Shown: piece after piece, positions 17,800 to 25,888 of the stretch
Layout of the letters: each line of letters opens with the position of its first letter
Numbering within the stretch: the first letter of the stretch is position 1
Translations under genes and position numbers: made by a program
Notes under the pieces: generated by a model
Seen by the model: only the letters and a program-made list of their open reading frames with translations
Told to the model about the DNA's origin: nothing
Databases searched by the model: none
Source: a virus
Lineage: Duplodnaviria; Caudoviricetes
Direction: 5' to 3' (one strand)
IMG/VR virus record: IMGVR_UViG_3300032174_000009
Coordinates: 1 to 52,440 of that record
Length of the DNA: 52,440 nucleotides

Positions 17800-19332
17800 G
17801 TGGCCTATGACCTTTTTGCGGCGCGAGCTTACTTTGACCCTGCCACGCTTAGGCCGCTTCGTTTGCGGCAATGGAAGGCTATTGCCGAGATTAAGCAGGC
17901 TGTGCGCGAAGGCCACAAGCGGATTATCCTGCAGGCTCCAACCGGCTTCGGCAAGACCTTGACTGCAGCTCACATAATCGGCGGCGCGCTTGCGAAGGGA
18001 CGAAGGCCGGTTTTTGTCTGTCCGGCGTTGACGATTCTCGAGAAAACGATTTCTGATTTTGAAGGCGAGGGAATACGAGACATTGGCGTCATTCAGGCAC
18101 AGCACGAGAGGACGGATTTTGAAGCGAGAGTGCAGATTGCAATGGCGCAAACGCTGGTGCGCCGTAAGCTGAAGGATGTTGGATTTTTTATTCGCGACGA
18201 GGCGCATGTCGGTTGCGCGGCATTGGATGAGATCATAGACCATTCTTATCCTGACTGTGTTGAAATCGGTCTTAGCGCTACGCCATGGCGCAAGGGAATG
18301 GGCCTTAGGTGGACTAAGCTAATTATTGCGGCGACAACGCGCGAGCTAATCGATGAGGGCTGGCTTTCTCCATACCGAGGCTACGGACCCGGGCTAGATC
18401 CTGATCTGACTGGTGTGCGCACGACCGCCGGCGACTACAACGAAGGAGATTTGTCTTGCGTAATGCAACGGCCTCAGCTTGTGGCAGACGTAGTTACAAC
18501 GTGGTCACAACGTGCTCACAATCGTCCAACATTTATGTTTGCAGTGGATCGGGCACACGCTGCGGCCCTTCAAGGGCAATTCCAAAAGGCTGGCTTATCG
18601 TGTGGATACATCGACGGTAACTCTACGCCTGATGAGCGCAAGGAAACCTTCCGCCGCTTTCGCAACGGCGACGACAAGATAATTTCGAGCGTCGGCTGCC
18701 TGACGATGGGAGTCGATGAGGACGTGCGTTGCATCATTATGGCGAGGCCGACGAAATCTGAAATCTTGTGGGTTCAAATGATCGGTCGCGGGCTGCGGAC
18801 GGCGCCGGGCAAGGATTATCTCCTGATTCTGGATCACGCCGGCAATGCCGAGCGGTTGGGCTTTCCTGACGAGATTCGTCACGAGCATCTAGATATTCGC
18901 AGGCCTGGCGAGAAGGGTGGCATCAACCCGCAAAATGGTGCGGAGCCTAGGAAGCCGACGAAATGCCAGTCTTGCGGCTTCCTCATGCCGCCTACTGCCC
19001 GCCAATGTTCGCAATGTGGCGCCGAGCGGCCGCGCCGTTTAAGCAGTGTTGAGAATGCTGACGGCGAGCTTGTTGAGTTTGGCATGGGCGCGAAGGTCGC
19101 GCCGACTAGGGCCAAAGAGCGGCTTGCGCGACAGGCTGGGCGAGAGATTTATCGGCAGTTGCTAAGCGCCTGTAAGAATCCCGGCGAGGCAGCGCACCGG
19201 TATCGGGATATCTACGGAATCTGGCCACATCACCCTGGCGCCGAGCCAAAGCAGGCTATGGATGACGTGATCGGATGGGTTAGGCATGCACGGTTGCGCT
19301 GGATTCACTCGAAAAGGCGGAAGGTGGCGTGA
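17800..19332 (+). CDS. Superfamily II DEAH helicase with C-terminal zinc finger
   Basis: APTGFGKT, DEAH, LSATP, QMIGRGLR and CxxC...CxxC. Confidence 0.93.
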   Translation: MAYDLFAARAYFDPATLRPLRLRQWKAIAEIKQAVREGHKRIILQAPTGFGKTLTAAHIIGGALAKGRRPVFVCPALTILEKTISDFEGEGIRDIGVIQAQHERTDFEARVQIAMAQTLVRRKLKDVGFFIRDEAHVGCAALDEIIDHSYPDCVEIGLSATPWRKGMGLRWTKLIIAATTRELIDEGWLSPYRGYGPGLDPDLTGVRTTAGDYNEGDLSCVMQRPQLVADVVTTWSQRAHNRPTFMFAVDRAHAAALQGQFQKAGLSCGYIDGNSTPDERKETFRRFRNGDDKIISSVGCLTMGVDEDVRCIIMARPTKSEILWVQMIGRGLRTAPGKDYLLILDHAGNAERLGFPDEIRHEHLDIRRPGEKGGINPQNGAEPRKPTKCQSCGFLMPPTARQCSQCGAERPRRLSSVENADGELVEFGMGAKVAPTRAKERLARQAGREIYRQLLSACKNPGEAAHRYRDIYGIWPHHPGAEPKQAMDDVIGWVRHARLRWIHSKRRKVA

Positions 19333-19694
19333 ATATTCATCGAATTGACATCCTACCTCGCTCGGATGGGCGCCGCTATGGTCCAGAGCCTTTCGCCTAT
19401 AACGGCAAGGAAATCGGCAAGTCTAAAGAGCCGATCCTCACAGCTGCGCGTTGGCTGCTTGATAACGGCGTGGCCTTTCCCGAGGACCTGATTGAAACTT
19501 ACCGGAACGGCTGTCTGTCGCTGTCTGGCATTGTAGGGCAATTGGCTAAGCTAACGGTGTCGGAAAGTGAAAACGGAAGGCCTTCACTTAGCTTGCGTAA
19601 ATGGAGGCCATTTCCCGATGTAACGGGTGCCTCAAAAACCGAGGAAACTGATTTTCCCGTATGCGGGTCAATCCAGGCCGATGGCGGCCTATAA
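19329..19694 (+). CDS. Hypothetical protein
   Basis: Coupled ORF between helicase and primase. Confidence 0.55.
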   Translation: MNIHRIDILPRSDGRRYGPEPFAYNGKEIGKSKEPILTAARWLLDNGVAFPEDLIETYRNGCLSLSGIVGQLAKLTVSESENGRPSLSLRKWRPFPDVTGASKTEETDFPVCGSIQADGGL

Positions 19695-20647
19695 TGGCGC
19701 CGACCGTACAGTACAAAGAAGCCTTCCGCAATCGCTGGAATGGAATCTTGCCGCAATTCGGTCTCGACCTGAAATTGCTTAACGGTAAGCACGGCCCATG
19801 TCCGTTTTGCGGCGGCAAGGACAGGTTTCGTTACACCGATTACCGCGGCCGCGGCGATTGGATTTGCAACCAATGCGGTTCCGGCGATGGATTCGAATTC
19901 GTCCAGCGCGCGCTGGGAGTGGATTTCAGGGAAGCCGTTAAGCGCATTGAGTCGGTCGCGAAAGACATACCTGTTGCCAAGCCGCTGCTTAAATCTGGTG
20001 AGCCCAATCGGCGCAATCTAAATTCCATTTGGTCAGCCGCTGAGATGGCAACTATAGGGTGCCCGGTAGGTGTGTATCTGGGACGCAGACTTGGGTACCT
20101 ACGGGCCATTTCCGGCCAATTACGCTACCATCGCAGGCTTGCCTATTTGCATGATGATGGGACCAAGACATTTCATCCGGCTATGATTGCGATTGTGTCG
20201 GACGCAGACGGCAATCCGGTCAACCTTCACCGTACATATTTGACGCCCGACGGACATAAGGCGGATGTGCCTTCGCCTAAAAAGATTTGCGCGGGCTCAC
20301 TGCCACAAGGTTCCGCGATCCGTCTGACTCCGCCGGCTCACGGTTGGCTTGGTATTGCCGAGGGGATTGAAACAGCGTTAGCCGTTACAGAGCTGACAGG
20401 AGCATTATGCTGGGCGGCGGTGAATTGCCATGGGCTAGAGACTTGGGAGGTTCCCGAGTCCGTCTGGCGCGTTACGATCTTCGGCGACAATGACTCGCAC
20501 TATGTTGGGCAAGGAGCGGCTTACGCGCTGGCCAAGAGGCTCTCTAGAGATCCTCGGCTGTCCGTTGATGTGAAGATTCCCCGCGAGCATGGTGATTGGT
20601 GCGACGTGCTGAGCGGAATGCGTGAGGAAAACAAAAATGCTGCGTGA
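19694..20647 (+). CDS. DNA primase (zinc-binding plus TOPRIM, P4-alpha-like)
   Basis: HGPCPFCGGKDRF, WICNQCG, AEGIETA and DND. Confidence 0.93.
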   Translation: MAPTVQYKEAFRNRWNGILPQFGLDLKLLNGKHGPCPFCGGKDRFRYTDYRGRGDWICNQCGSGDGFEFVQRALGVDFREAVKRIESVAKDIPVAKPLLKSGEPNRRNLNSIWSAAEMATIGCPVGVYLGRRLGYLRAISGQLRYHRRLAYLHDDGTKTFHPAMIAIVSDADGNPVNLHRTYLTPDGHKADVPSPKKICAGSLPQGSAIRLTPPAHGWLGIAEGIETALAVTELTGALCWAAVNCHGLETWEVPESVWRVTIFGDNDSHYVGQGAAYALAKRLSRDPRLSVDVKIPREHGDWCDVLSGMREENKNAA

Positions 20648-20822
20648 ACATCCGGCAGTTGACCTGATAAAGCTAATGCTTATGCGGCGGGGTGATATCG
20701 AAGCTGTTGCATATGGTATAGCTTTGGCTATCACGGAAGCGTTGATCAACACGAAGATGCTCAAGAAAAAGGGTGCTTTTCTTCCGTTCGATCATGCCAG
20801 GGGGATTATCAATGTTGCGTGA
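20637..20822 (+). CDS. Hypothetical protein
   Basis: GAGG RBS; overlaps the primase end. Confidence 0.4.
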   Translation: MLREHPAVDLIKLMLMRRGDIEAVAYGIALAITEALINTKMLKKKGAFLPFDHARGIINVA

Positions 20823-21342
20823 TGCAAATATGGTTTGCTCAGACAGCGCATGGCGCGCGCATCGCCCGCCTGGGGTAAGACGTAATCGGAATCGTATCGC
20901 CAGGACGTATTTGTATGAGTTTGTCGATGATTTGAGAAATCCCGCCATCCCGGAGGACTTCGAACGACGTATATGGACGGCTTGCATGACGGACCGCGCG
21001 CTTTCCGATCCTGATAGCCGTTTTCAGGGGAATCGGCCGTTACAGCATGCGATATGGCGCGAGGCCGTCAAGGAATGGACAGAATATGGCGCAGAAGAAG
21101 TTAAGGTTAGATTTAAGCCTAGTAGGGAGCAAATTGCCGATTGGGAAACAGTCATGGGTTGGTGTGCGGCGCTGGAAAAGAAGGATTTCAGAATCGTTTA
21201 TCTTCGAGCATGTGGTTACTTTTACACAGAAGTTGCCGATCGAATGCTCAAAGCATGGGGCACAAAGTTGTCTCACGACACTGCGAAAAGACGATATGAA
21301 AGTGCAATTTTGCAACTTCATAAGCTATCATTGAGAGTCTAA
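20773..21342 (+). CDS. Putative late-gene regulator (Q-position, C-terminal HTH)
   Basis: PSREQIADWETVMGW...IVYLRACG...EVAD...TAKRRY; last gene before an AT-rich gap. Confidence 0.6.
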   Translation: MLFFRSIMPGGLSMLRDANMVCSDSAWRAHRPPGVRRNRNRIARTYLYEFVDDLRNPAIPEDFERRIWTACMTDRALSDPDSRFQGNRPLQHAIWREAVKEWTEYGAEEVKVRFKPSREQIADWETVMGWCAALEKKDFRIVYLRACGYFYTEVADRMLKAWGTKLSHDTAKRRYESAILQLHKLSLRV

Positions 21343-21504
21343 CCTTTGAATTATTACGAATTTTTAATGAACTATTGCCGTTAATCGGCATTTATGCGTT
21401 GATTTTTCCATAAAAACATGGGATAATATTATGATAGGTGTTTTGTGCATAGAGCTACCGAGGACCAATTTCCGGCGCTCTTAAGCCCCCATCTATCAAC
21501 ACAA

Positions 21505-21572
21505 TTAGCCGCCAAGCCAGACGCTCGAGCGCCCCCAGTCACGAGACGGGTTAGGCTGGCGGCTAACTTTTT
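21505..21572 (+). terminator. Terminator-like hairpin after the late promoter region
   Basis: TTAGCCGCCA-AGCC pairs with GGCT-GGCGGCTAA, followed by a T run. Confidence 0.5.
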
Positions 21573-21620
21573 GAATTACCTAACAATTTAATTTTTAAAT
21601 CAGCCATTTGGATTCGGCCG

Positions 21621-21833
21621 ATGACTATTGCCAAGAAATTGAAGCCATCTTGGGTGGAGAGGTATTCTGCCGACGACAATATCAAGGATAAAATTGGAAG
21701 AGACGCAGGTCATTGCCTGTATCCAGATGAGGATCTTAATGGATACTGGGAAGATGGCACATATTTTGTGTACGATGCAAAGATCAACGATTGGATCCCA
21801 GAAGACGAAATATTTGAGCACGGCTACTACTAA
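21621..21833 (+). CDS. Hypothetical acidic protein
   Basis: 70-aa ORF. Confidence 0.5.
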   Translation: MTIAKKLKPSWVERYSADDNIKDKIGRDAGHCLYPDEDLNGYWEDGTYFVYDAKINDWIPEDEIFEHGYY

Positions 21834-22015
21834 TGTCTGATGACTGTGTAAGGAAAAAGCTTGAGCAATTCCTTAGCAAAGACGAGATTCGGGAATGGCT
21901 TGATCAACCTCATTTGCTGCTTAGCAATCAATCTCCAAGTGATTTTATTCGTGCTGGTCGCGACGATGATGTTTTGCGTCTCATTGACTTGGTATTTGAC
22001 AAAAATGTTTTTTAG
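21833..22015 (+). CDS. Small protein resembling the Xre/MbcA/ParS antitoxin C-terminal domain
   Basis: EWLDQPHLLLSNQSPSDFIRAGRDDDVLRLI. Confidence 0.55.
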   Translation: MSDDCVRKKLEQFLSKDEIREWLDQPHLLLSNQSPSDFIRAGRDDDVLRLIDLVFDKNVF

Positions 22016-22291
22016 AAAATGACAGCGCAGATAAACAGTATTGCCTCGATTAATGATGCGCGTCGCGCCGCCGCGAAGGTTTATGCAGCTTATTTCGCCG
22101 GCGCACCGGTTAATGGTATGCTACAAGATGTTGAACTTAGGTTGCTTGAGGCTCTGATGCGCTTATACAGGAAAAGGTGAAGCGTCGCGGGCCCTATCCG
22201 TGCATTGGCTGACCACTACGAGCCAGACGTTTGCTTCAATTTCTGGCGCTTCAGCATACCGCGCGAGCTAGTACGCGGCATGTTCGAAACG

Positions 22292-22588
22292 TCACTTCAA
22301 CAAAAGTTTCTGGGTACGACGGATAATGTCGTATATTTCAGATTCATATTTGTCTATATCGATGGCATTTGCAAAGAGGAAATCTTCGGGCTCTATGCCT
22401 TCTGACTGGTAGTACAGAGCCATGCACGCTAGCTCGACATACCGTGGTATCCGGTGCTCGCCGGCCTCATATGAGTCATAGGCGTGTTGTGATAGGCCAA
22501 GGGCTTTGGCAGCTCTTTCCTTGCTACGTGTGCCGTAGCCTATTCCGAACATGCGCTCACGCCATGCTTTGAGTGATGCGGGGGTCAC
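22292..22588 (-). CDS. XRE/Cro-type HTH regulator terminating the cassette array
   Basis: MTPASLKAWR...AAKALGLS...YEAG...IPRYVELAC. Confidence 0.8.
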   Translation of the reverse strand: MTPASLKAWRERMFGIGYGTRSKERAAKALGLSQHAYDSYEAGEHRIPRYVELACMALYYQSEGIEPEDFLFANAIDIDKYESEIYDIIRRTQKLLLK

Positions 22589-22719
22589 TTCTTGCCCCTC
22601 TTGGCGATCTTACGGCGCAAATTGTTTTTGCCGGTTCCGAAGCATGACGGGAAGCTATACCAATAGTCGCGGTTGAAAGTCTTGTGGCAAACCAAGCATT
22701 TGGCTTCGTTTGTGGTCAT
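22585..22719 (-). CDS. Array cargo: 44-aa protein with CxxC
   Basis: GGAGA RBS immediately after repeat copy 1. Confidence 0.6.
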   Translation of the reverse strand: MTTNEAKCLVCHKTFNRDYWYSFPSCFGTGKNNLRRKIAKRGKK

Positions 22720-22786
22720 TTTCTTTGTCTCCTTTTTATTCGAGCGGGCGCTCGTGTCTACGGCCCAAAGGCCGCAGAGGCTAGCG

Positions 22787-23095
22787 TCAGTAACGCGCCG
22801 TCGTGTACCAATGGGAATCTGCGCACAGGAATTTATTTGGGTCCCATGAATAGATTCCCATCGTGTCCGATGGTTCGTCGCCACCGAAAGTCGATAGATC
22901 GGTTATGTCGATATAGTCTTCGATAGAGCCATCAAGGCCAGTTAGTGTATTAAGTTCGGCGACACGCTCGTCGAGCCTATTTAGATAATCGCATAGCTGT
23001 TGGAGGCTATCTGCCACTATAACCGCCTTTGTATAGTGCGCTATCTCGGTCTCAAGCTGATCGATACGAGTTTGGTCTTCTTCGATATAGGTCAT
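22787..23095 (-). CDS. Array cargo: acidic 102-aa protein
   Basis: GGAGA RBS; stop codon is the repeat TGA. Confidence 0.75.
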   Translation of the reverse strand: MTYIEEDQTRIDQLETEIAHYTKAVIVADSLQQLCDYLNRLDERVAELNTLTGLDGSIEDYIDITDLSTFGGDEPSDTMGIYSWDPNKFLCADSHWYTTARY

Positions 23096-23159
23096 TTTAG
23101 TCTCTCCTTTGTTTCGAGCTGGCGCTCGTATCTGCCGCCAATGGCGGCAGAGGCTAGCG

Positions 23160-23258
23160 TCACTTTCGCACTAAATTCTTGTAGGTTTGAAATCCACACC
23201 TTGCCAAGAATTCGTAGATTTGTTGCAATTCCTCTTCCGTCAGTTTTTCTCTTTTCAT
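23160..23258 (-). CDS. Array cargo: 32-aa peptide
   Basis: MKREKLTEEELQQIYEFLARCGFQTYKNLVRK; RBS present; stop is the repeat TGA. Confidence 0.6.
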   Translation of the reverse strand: MKREKLTEEELQQIYEFLARCGFQTYKNLVRK

Positions 23259-23322
23259 TTTCGTCTCCTTTGATTTCGAGCAGGGCGCTCGTGTATGCCG
23301 CCATCGGCGGCATAGGCTAGCG

Positions 23323-23793
23323 TCAGTTTCCGAAATAGAAGCATCTCGCATACGCGAGCAATATCTCTTCGGTTGATGTGTAGTCTTTTGAGCCTAAGTC
23401 CTCATCACGCCGAGGCCAAAACTCCGTCCACGGGGTGAACCAATCTTGGACTTCGAGCCAAGCCTTTTCAGGCTCGCTATACTCGTTGAGCGTGCCGCGT
23501 ATGCGTACCGCTGGCCCACCAGTGCAGAGCAATATCTGAAACTCGTCAGGATCTTCGGCCTCGCGACCAGGCTCATGCCAGTCACTACGAACCAGCACAG
23601 ACAACGCGTCCTCATGGATCGCTTGCTCTGCGTCCTCAAGGGCCGTTGCCTCTAGGTCAGTTTGGCCTTCGTCTTTGTCCTCTGCGTTGCGCGCAACTTC
23701 GAGGGCCTCGACCATCTCTTTTATGCTGTTGAATTGAGCTTGGCCTTGCTCTTTGGCATTGGCCATTTTGTCTTCAGTCTGTACGTCGGTCAT
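23323..23793 (-). CDS. Array cargo: highly acidic 156-aa protein
   Basis: RBS; stop is the repeat TGA; LLCTGGPAVRI and QDWFTPW segments. Confidence 0.8.
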   Translation of the reverse strand: MTDVQTEDKMANAKEQGQAQFNSIKEMVEALEVARNAEDKDEGQTDLEATALEDAEQAIHEDALSVLVRSDWHEPGREAEDPDEFQILLCTGGPAVRIRGTLNEYSEPEKAWLEVQDWFTPWTEFWPRRDEDLGSKDYTSTEEILLAYARCFYFGN

Positions 23794-23858
23794 TTTCGTC
23801 TCCCTTTATTCGAGCATTGGCGCTCGTGTCTGCGGTCTGGGGACCGCAGAGGCTAGCG

Positions 23859-24095
23859 TCAGTCGTCGCTTCTACGCTGGTTTAACCGCTCCCAATTGCG
23901 CTTGTCATAATCGGCGGAACAGTTCCACACTGGCATTTTGTTTTCTTGTCGCATCATGTCCGTTGCGGTTCTCAGCGGATCGGTCTTTGCCCAAACAGCG
24001 TTTGGACTTGATGGGTATGAATAGCGGGTGCGCTTGGTTTCGGTATCGCCGGCCACGAATGAGCCATCTTTGCCGTAATGATAAACGATTGCCAT
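23859..24095 (-). CDS. Array cargo: 78-aa protein
   Basis: GGAGA RBS; stop is the repeat TGA. Confidence 0.7.
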   Translation of the reverse strand: MAIVYHYGKDGSFVAGDTETKRTRYSYPSSPNAVWAKTDPLRTATDMMRQENKMPVWNCSADYDKRNWERLNQRRSDD

Positions 24096-24270
24096 TTTCG
24101 TCTCTCCTATTTATGTTCCGGCGGCTCCGTGCTGGTCACGTGTGAGCACTAGCTGATACGTGATAGTTGGCACGGTCTGCCCAGCCGCCGTCTTTCGCTC
24201 GATTGGTTACGGGCTTTGTTTCGAGCTTTGGCGCTCGTGTCTACGGCCCCGGAGGCCGCAGAGGCTAGCG

Positions 24271-24453
24271 TCATAGGTAGCATTTAGAAACCCTAAAGCG
24301 GCATTCGTCACCGTTGCAATTCATGCGCTTGGCAATGCGTTGCAGCTCGCGGTGCGGATAGCCCTTAGAAGTTTCAATAACCCCGTCAGGCACACATGAG
24401 CCTCGCGGATATGAAAATATAGCCCAGACCTTGTCTTTTGCTTTCTTAGTCAT
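24271..24453 (-). CDS. Array cargo: 60-aa protein
   Basis: GGGAGA RBS; stop is the repeat TGA. Confidence 0.65.
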   Translation of the reverse strand: MTKKAKDKVWAIFSYPRGSCVPDGVIETSKGYPHRELQRIAKRMNCNGDECRFRVSKCYL

Positions 24454-24532
24454 TGTAGTCTCTCCCTTGTGGTTAGAAGCTTCGCTATGGGCCGCAACGC
24501 GCGGCCCATGCCGAAACTCAAACTTCGTAGCG

Positions 24533-24658
24533 TCAGTCATGTTTGATAAGTTTCGCCATTAAAAGGCCGTCGATGCGAAGAACTTCCGCAAGAACGTATC
24601 CCTGACGGATGAAATAGGCGAATTCTTTAGAGGCGAGGATCTCAAACCGTATTGTCAT
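24533..24658 (-). CDS. Array cargo: 41-aa peptide
   Basis: MTIRFEILASKEFAYFIRQGYVLAEVLRIDGLLMAKLIKHD; RBS; ends on TGACGCTA. Confidence 0.6.
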   Translation of the reverse strand: MTIRFEILASKEFAYFIRQGYVLAEVLRIDGLLMAKLIKHD

Positions 24659-24868
24659 TTTCGTCTCCTTTTGTTTCGAGCTGCGCGACCAGCCTCAAAT
24701 CCGCGTTGCCATGCCAAAACTATTTCACGGTTGAGCGTGGTTTGGCGCGGTTGGCGTATAGGCTTAGGGCGAAGCGCTTCTTGATATCCTTGGTCATAGG
24801 CGCGATTTAATCTAGCCAGATCAGTTTCCAGGCGCTCGTGTATGCCGCCATAGCGGCATAGGCTAGCG

Positions 24869-25132
24869 TCAGTTTAGCCCAACCCTTTCGCCGATCGTCG
24901 GGTCATCGCCCCAATGATATCGGTCATATTCTTGCCGCCCCGCCCAGAGGCCTCGGTCATACGCTTGGCCCCAAACGCCTGCCTTCTGCTCGTGAGTGGC
25001 GCGGCTTTCGTAGTCTTGCTTGTCGGTCAAACCGTCTGCGAAGCCTTCCTTGTAACCTGGCACATTTGACCAGCGCTCGGCTTCGGTTGGAAAATGTATT
25101 TTCGTCATCGTCTTGATTTTCCGATTTGTCAT
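24869..25132 (-). CDS. Array cargo: 87-aa protein with YxxG...AYDRG motifs
   Basis: GGAGA RBS; stop is the repeat TGA. Confidence 0.7.
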   Translation of the reverse strand: MTNRKIKTMTKIHFPTEAERWSNVPGYKEGFADGLTDKQDYESRATHEQKAGVWGQAYDRGLWAGRQEYDRYHWGDDPTIGERVGLN

Positions 25133-25398
25133 TGTCGTCTCCTTTTTTCTGCACCGTGAGTGCATTGCAGCGGGCTCCGGTAGCTTCTAGGCCGGCCGAG
25201 TTTTCAGTCTGTGCCACCTCGTGTCCATCTGTGCTGCGTTTGCTTCTTTGTATCTGGTGGCTGAGCTTCGTGATCTGGTAGCCGCCCGAAAGCCCGCTGC
25301 AATGCATTCTTCTTTCCGGACCGGGTCTGAGCCGGAGCCTTAGGAGGTGCTTTTGGGGGCCTTTTAGTCTTTCCCATTTCCCTACTGCCTATAATAGT

Positions 25399-25426
25399 AA
25401 TATAAGCAAATTTGCGGGAATGTCAA
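25399..25426 (-). promoter_or_regulatory. Sigma70-like promoter driving the cassette array
   Basis: TTGACA-N16-TATATT in an AT-rich intergenic region. Confidence 0.65.
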
Positions 25427-25555
25427 GCGAATAAGGGTGCCACGCAAGAATAATTTGCTTTTTCGATCACTAATTGTTACAAGAGGCGTGGCGTTGCTTG
25501 AATATTACTGGGCTAATCAGGACACCATAAACCCCGCTATTATTTCTTTGGTTGT

Positions 25556-25888
25556 GTGCGCGATTATCTTATTCAGGCCGATGTAATGCGATTTTGGTTA
25601 GTCGTCATTGTCCTGATTGTGTTTTTCATTCTGTTGCCGATCGGTTGGAGCATCTTTGAGTCTAAGATACAACAGGCGAGACCAGCACCATATGAATGGG
25701 AATTGCGACGCGAAAATGAGATTTGGCCAGGCTTAATTGCATATGTCCCAAGGCGTCACCACATGCGGCGCGCACACAAGTTACCGAGTCTCCCCTTGGT
25801 CTTGCTCAAGTGCTACGACCGCGAGGGCAAGCAGATCACGCCGATCCCCAAGGGATGCACGGATTTGTTTATCGAGCGGGATAAGTGA
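25556..25888 (+). CDS. Membrane-anchored hypothetical protein
   Basis: N-terminal transmembrane segment. Confidence 0.5.
   Translation: MRDYLIQADVMRFWLVVIVLIVFFILLPIGWSIFESKIQQARPAPYEWELRRENEIWPGLIAYVPRRHHMRRAHKLPSLPLVLLKCYDREGKQITPIPKGCTDLFIERDK

Larger units (their letters stand above)
22739..24871 (-). repeat. Six copies of a structured intergenic repeat TGACGCTAGCC-[hairpin]-YACGAGCGCC-N1-3-GCTCGAA
   Basis: Copies at 22739-22789, 23113-23162, 23275-23325, 23809-23861, 24220-24273 and a split copy at 24674-24681 plus 24831-24871. Confidence 0.95.

Noticed and set aside
22739-24871. Repeat array as a CRISPR array
   Set aside because: The intervening sequences are irregular (about 110-480 bp) and are whole genes with RBSs, the repeat core varies, and no cas genes are seen
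22739-24871. Repeat as a canonical attC site or a hammerhead ribozyme
   Set aside because: It lacks the RYYYAAC/GTTRRRY boxes and no IntI is recognisable; the CUGANGA core is absent although CGAAA is present. A loose twister-sister-like resemblance on the antisense strand could not be supported without a covariance search
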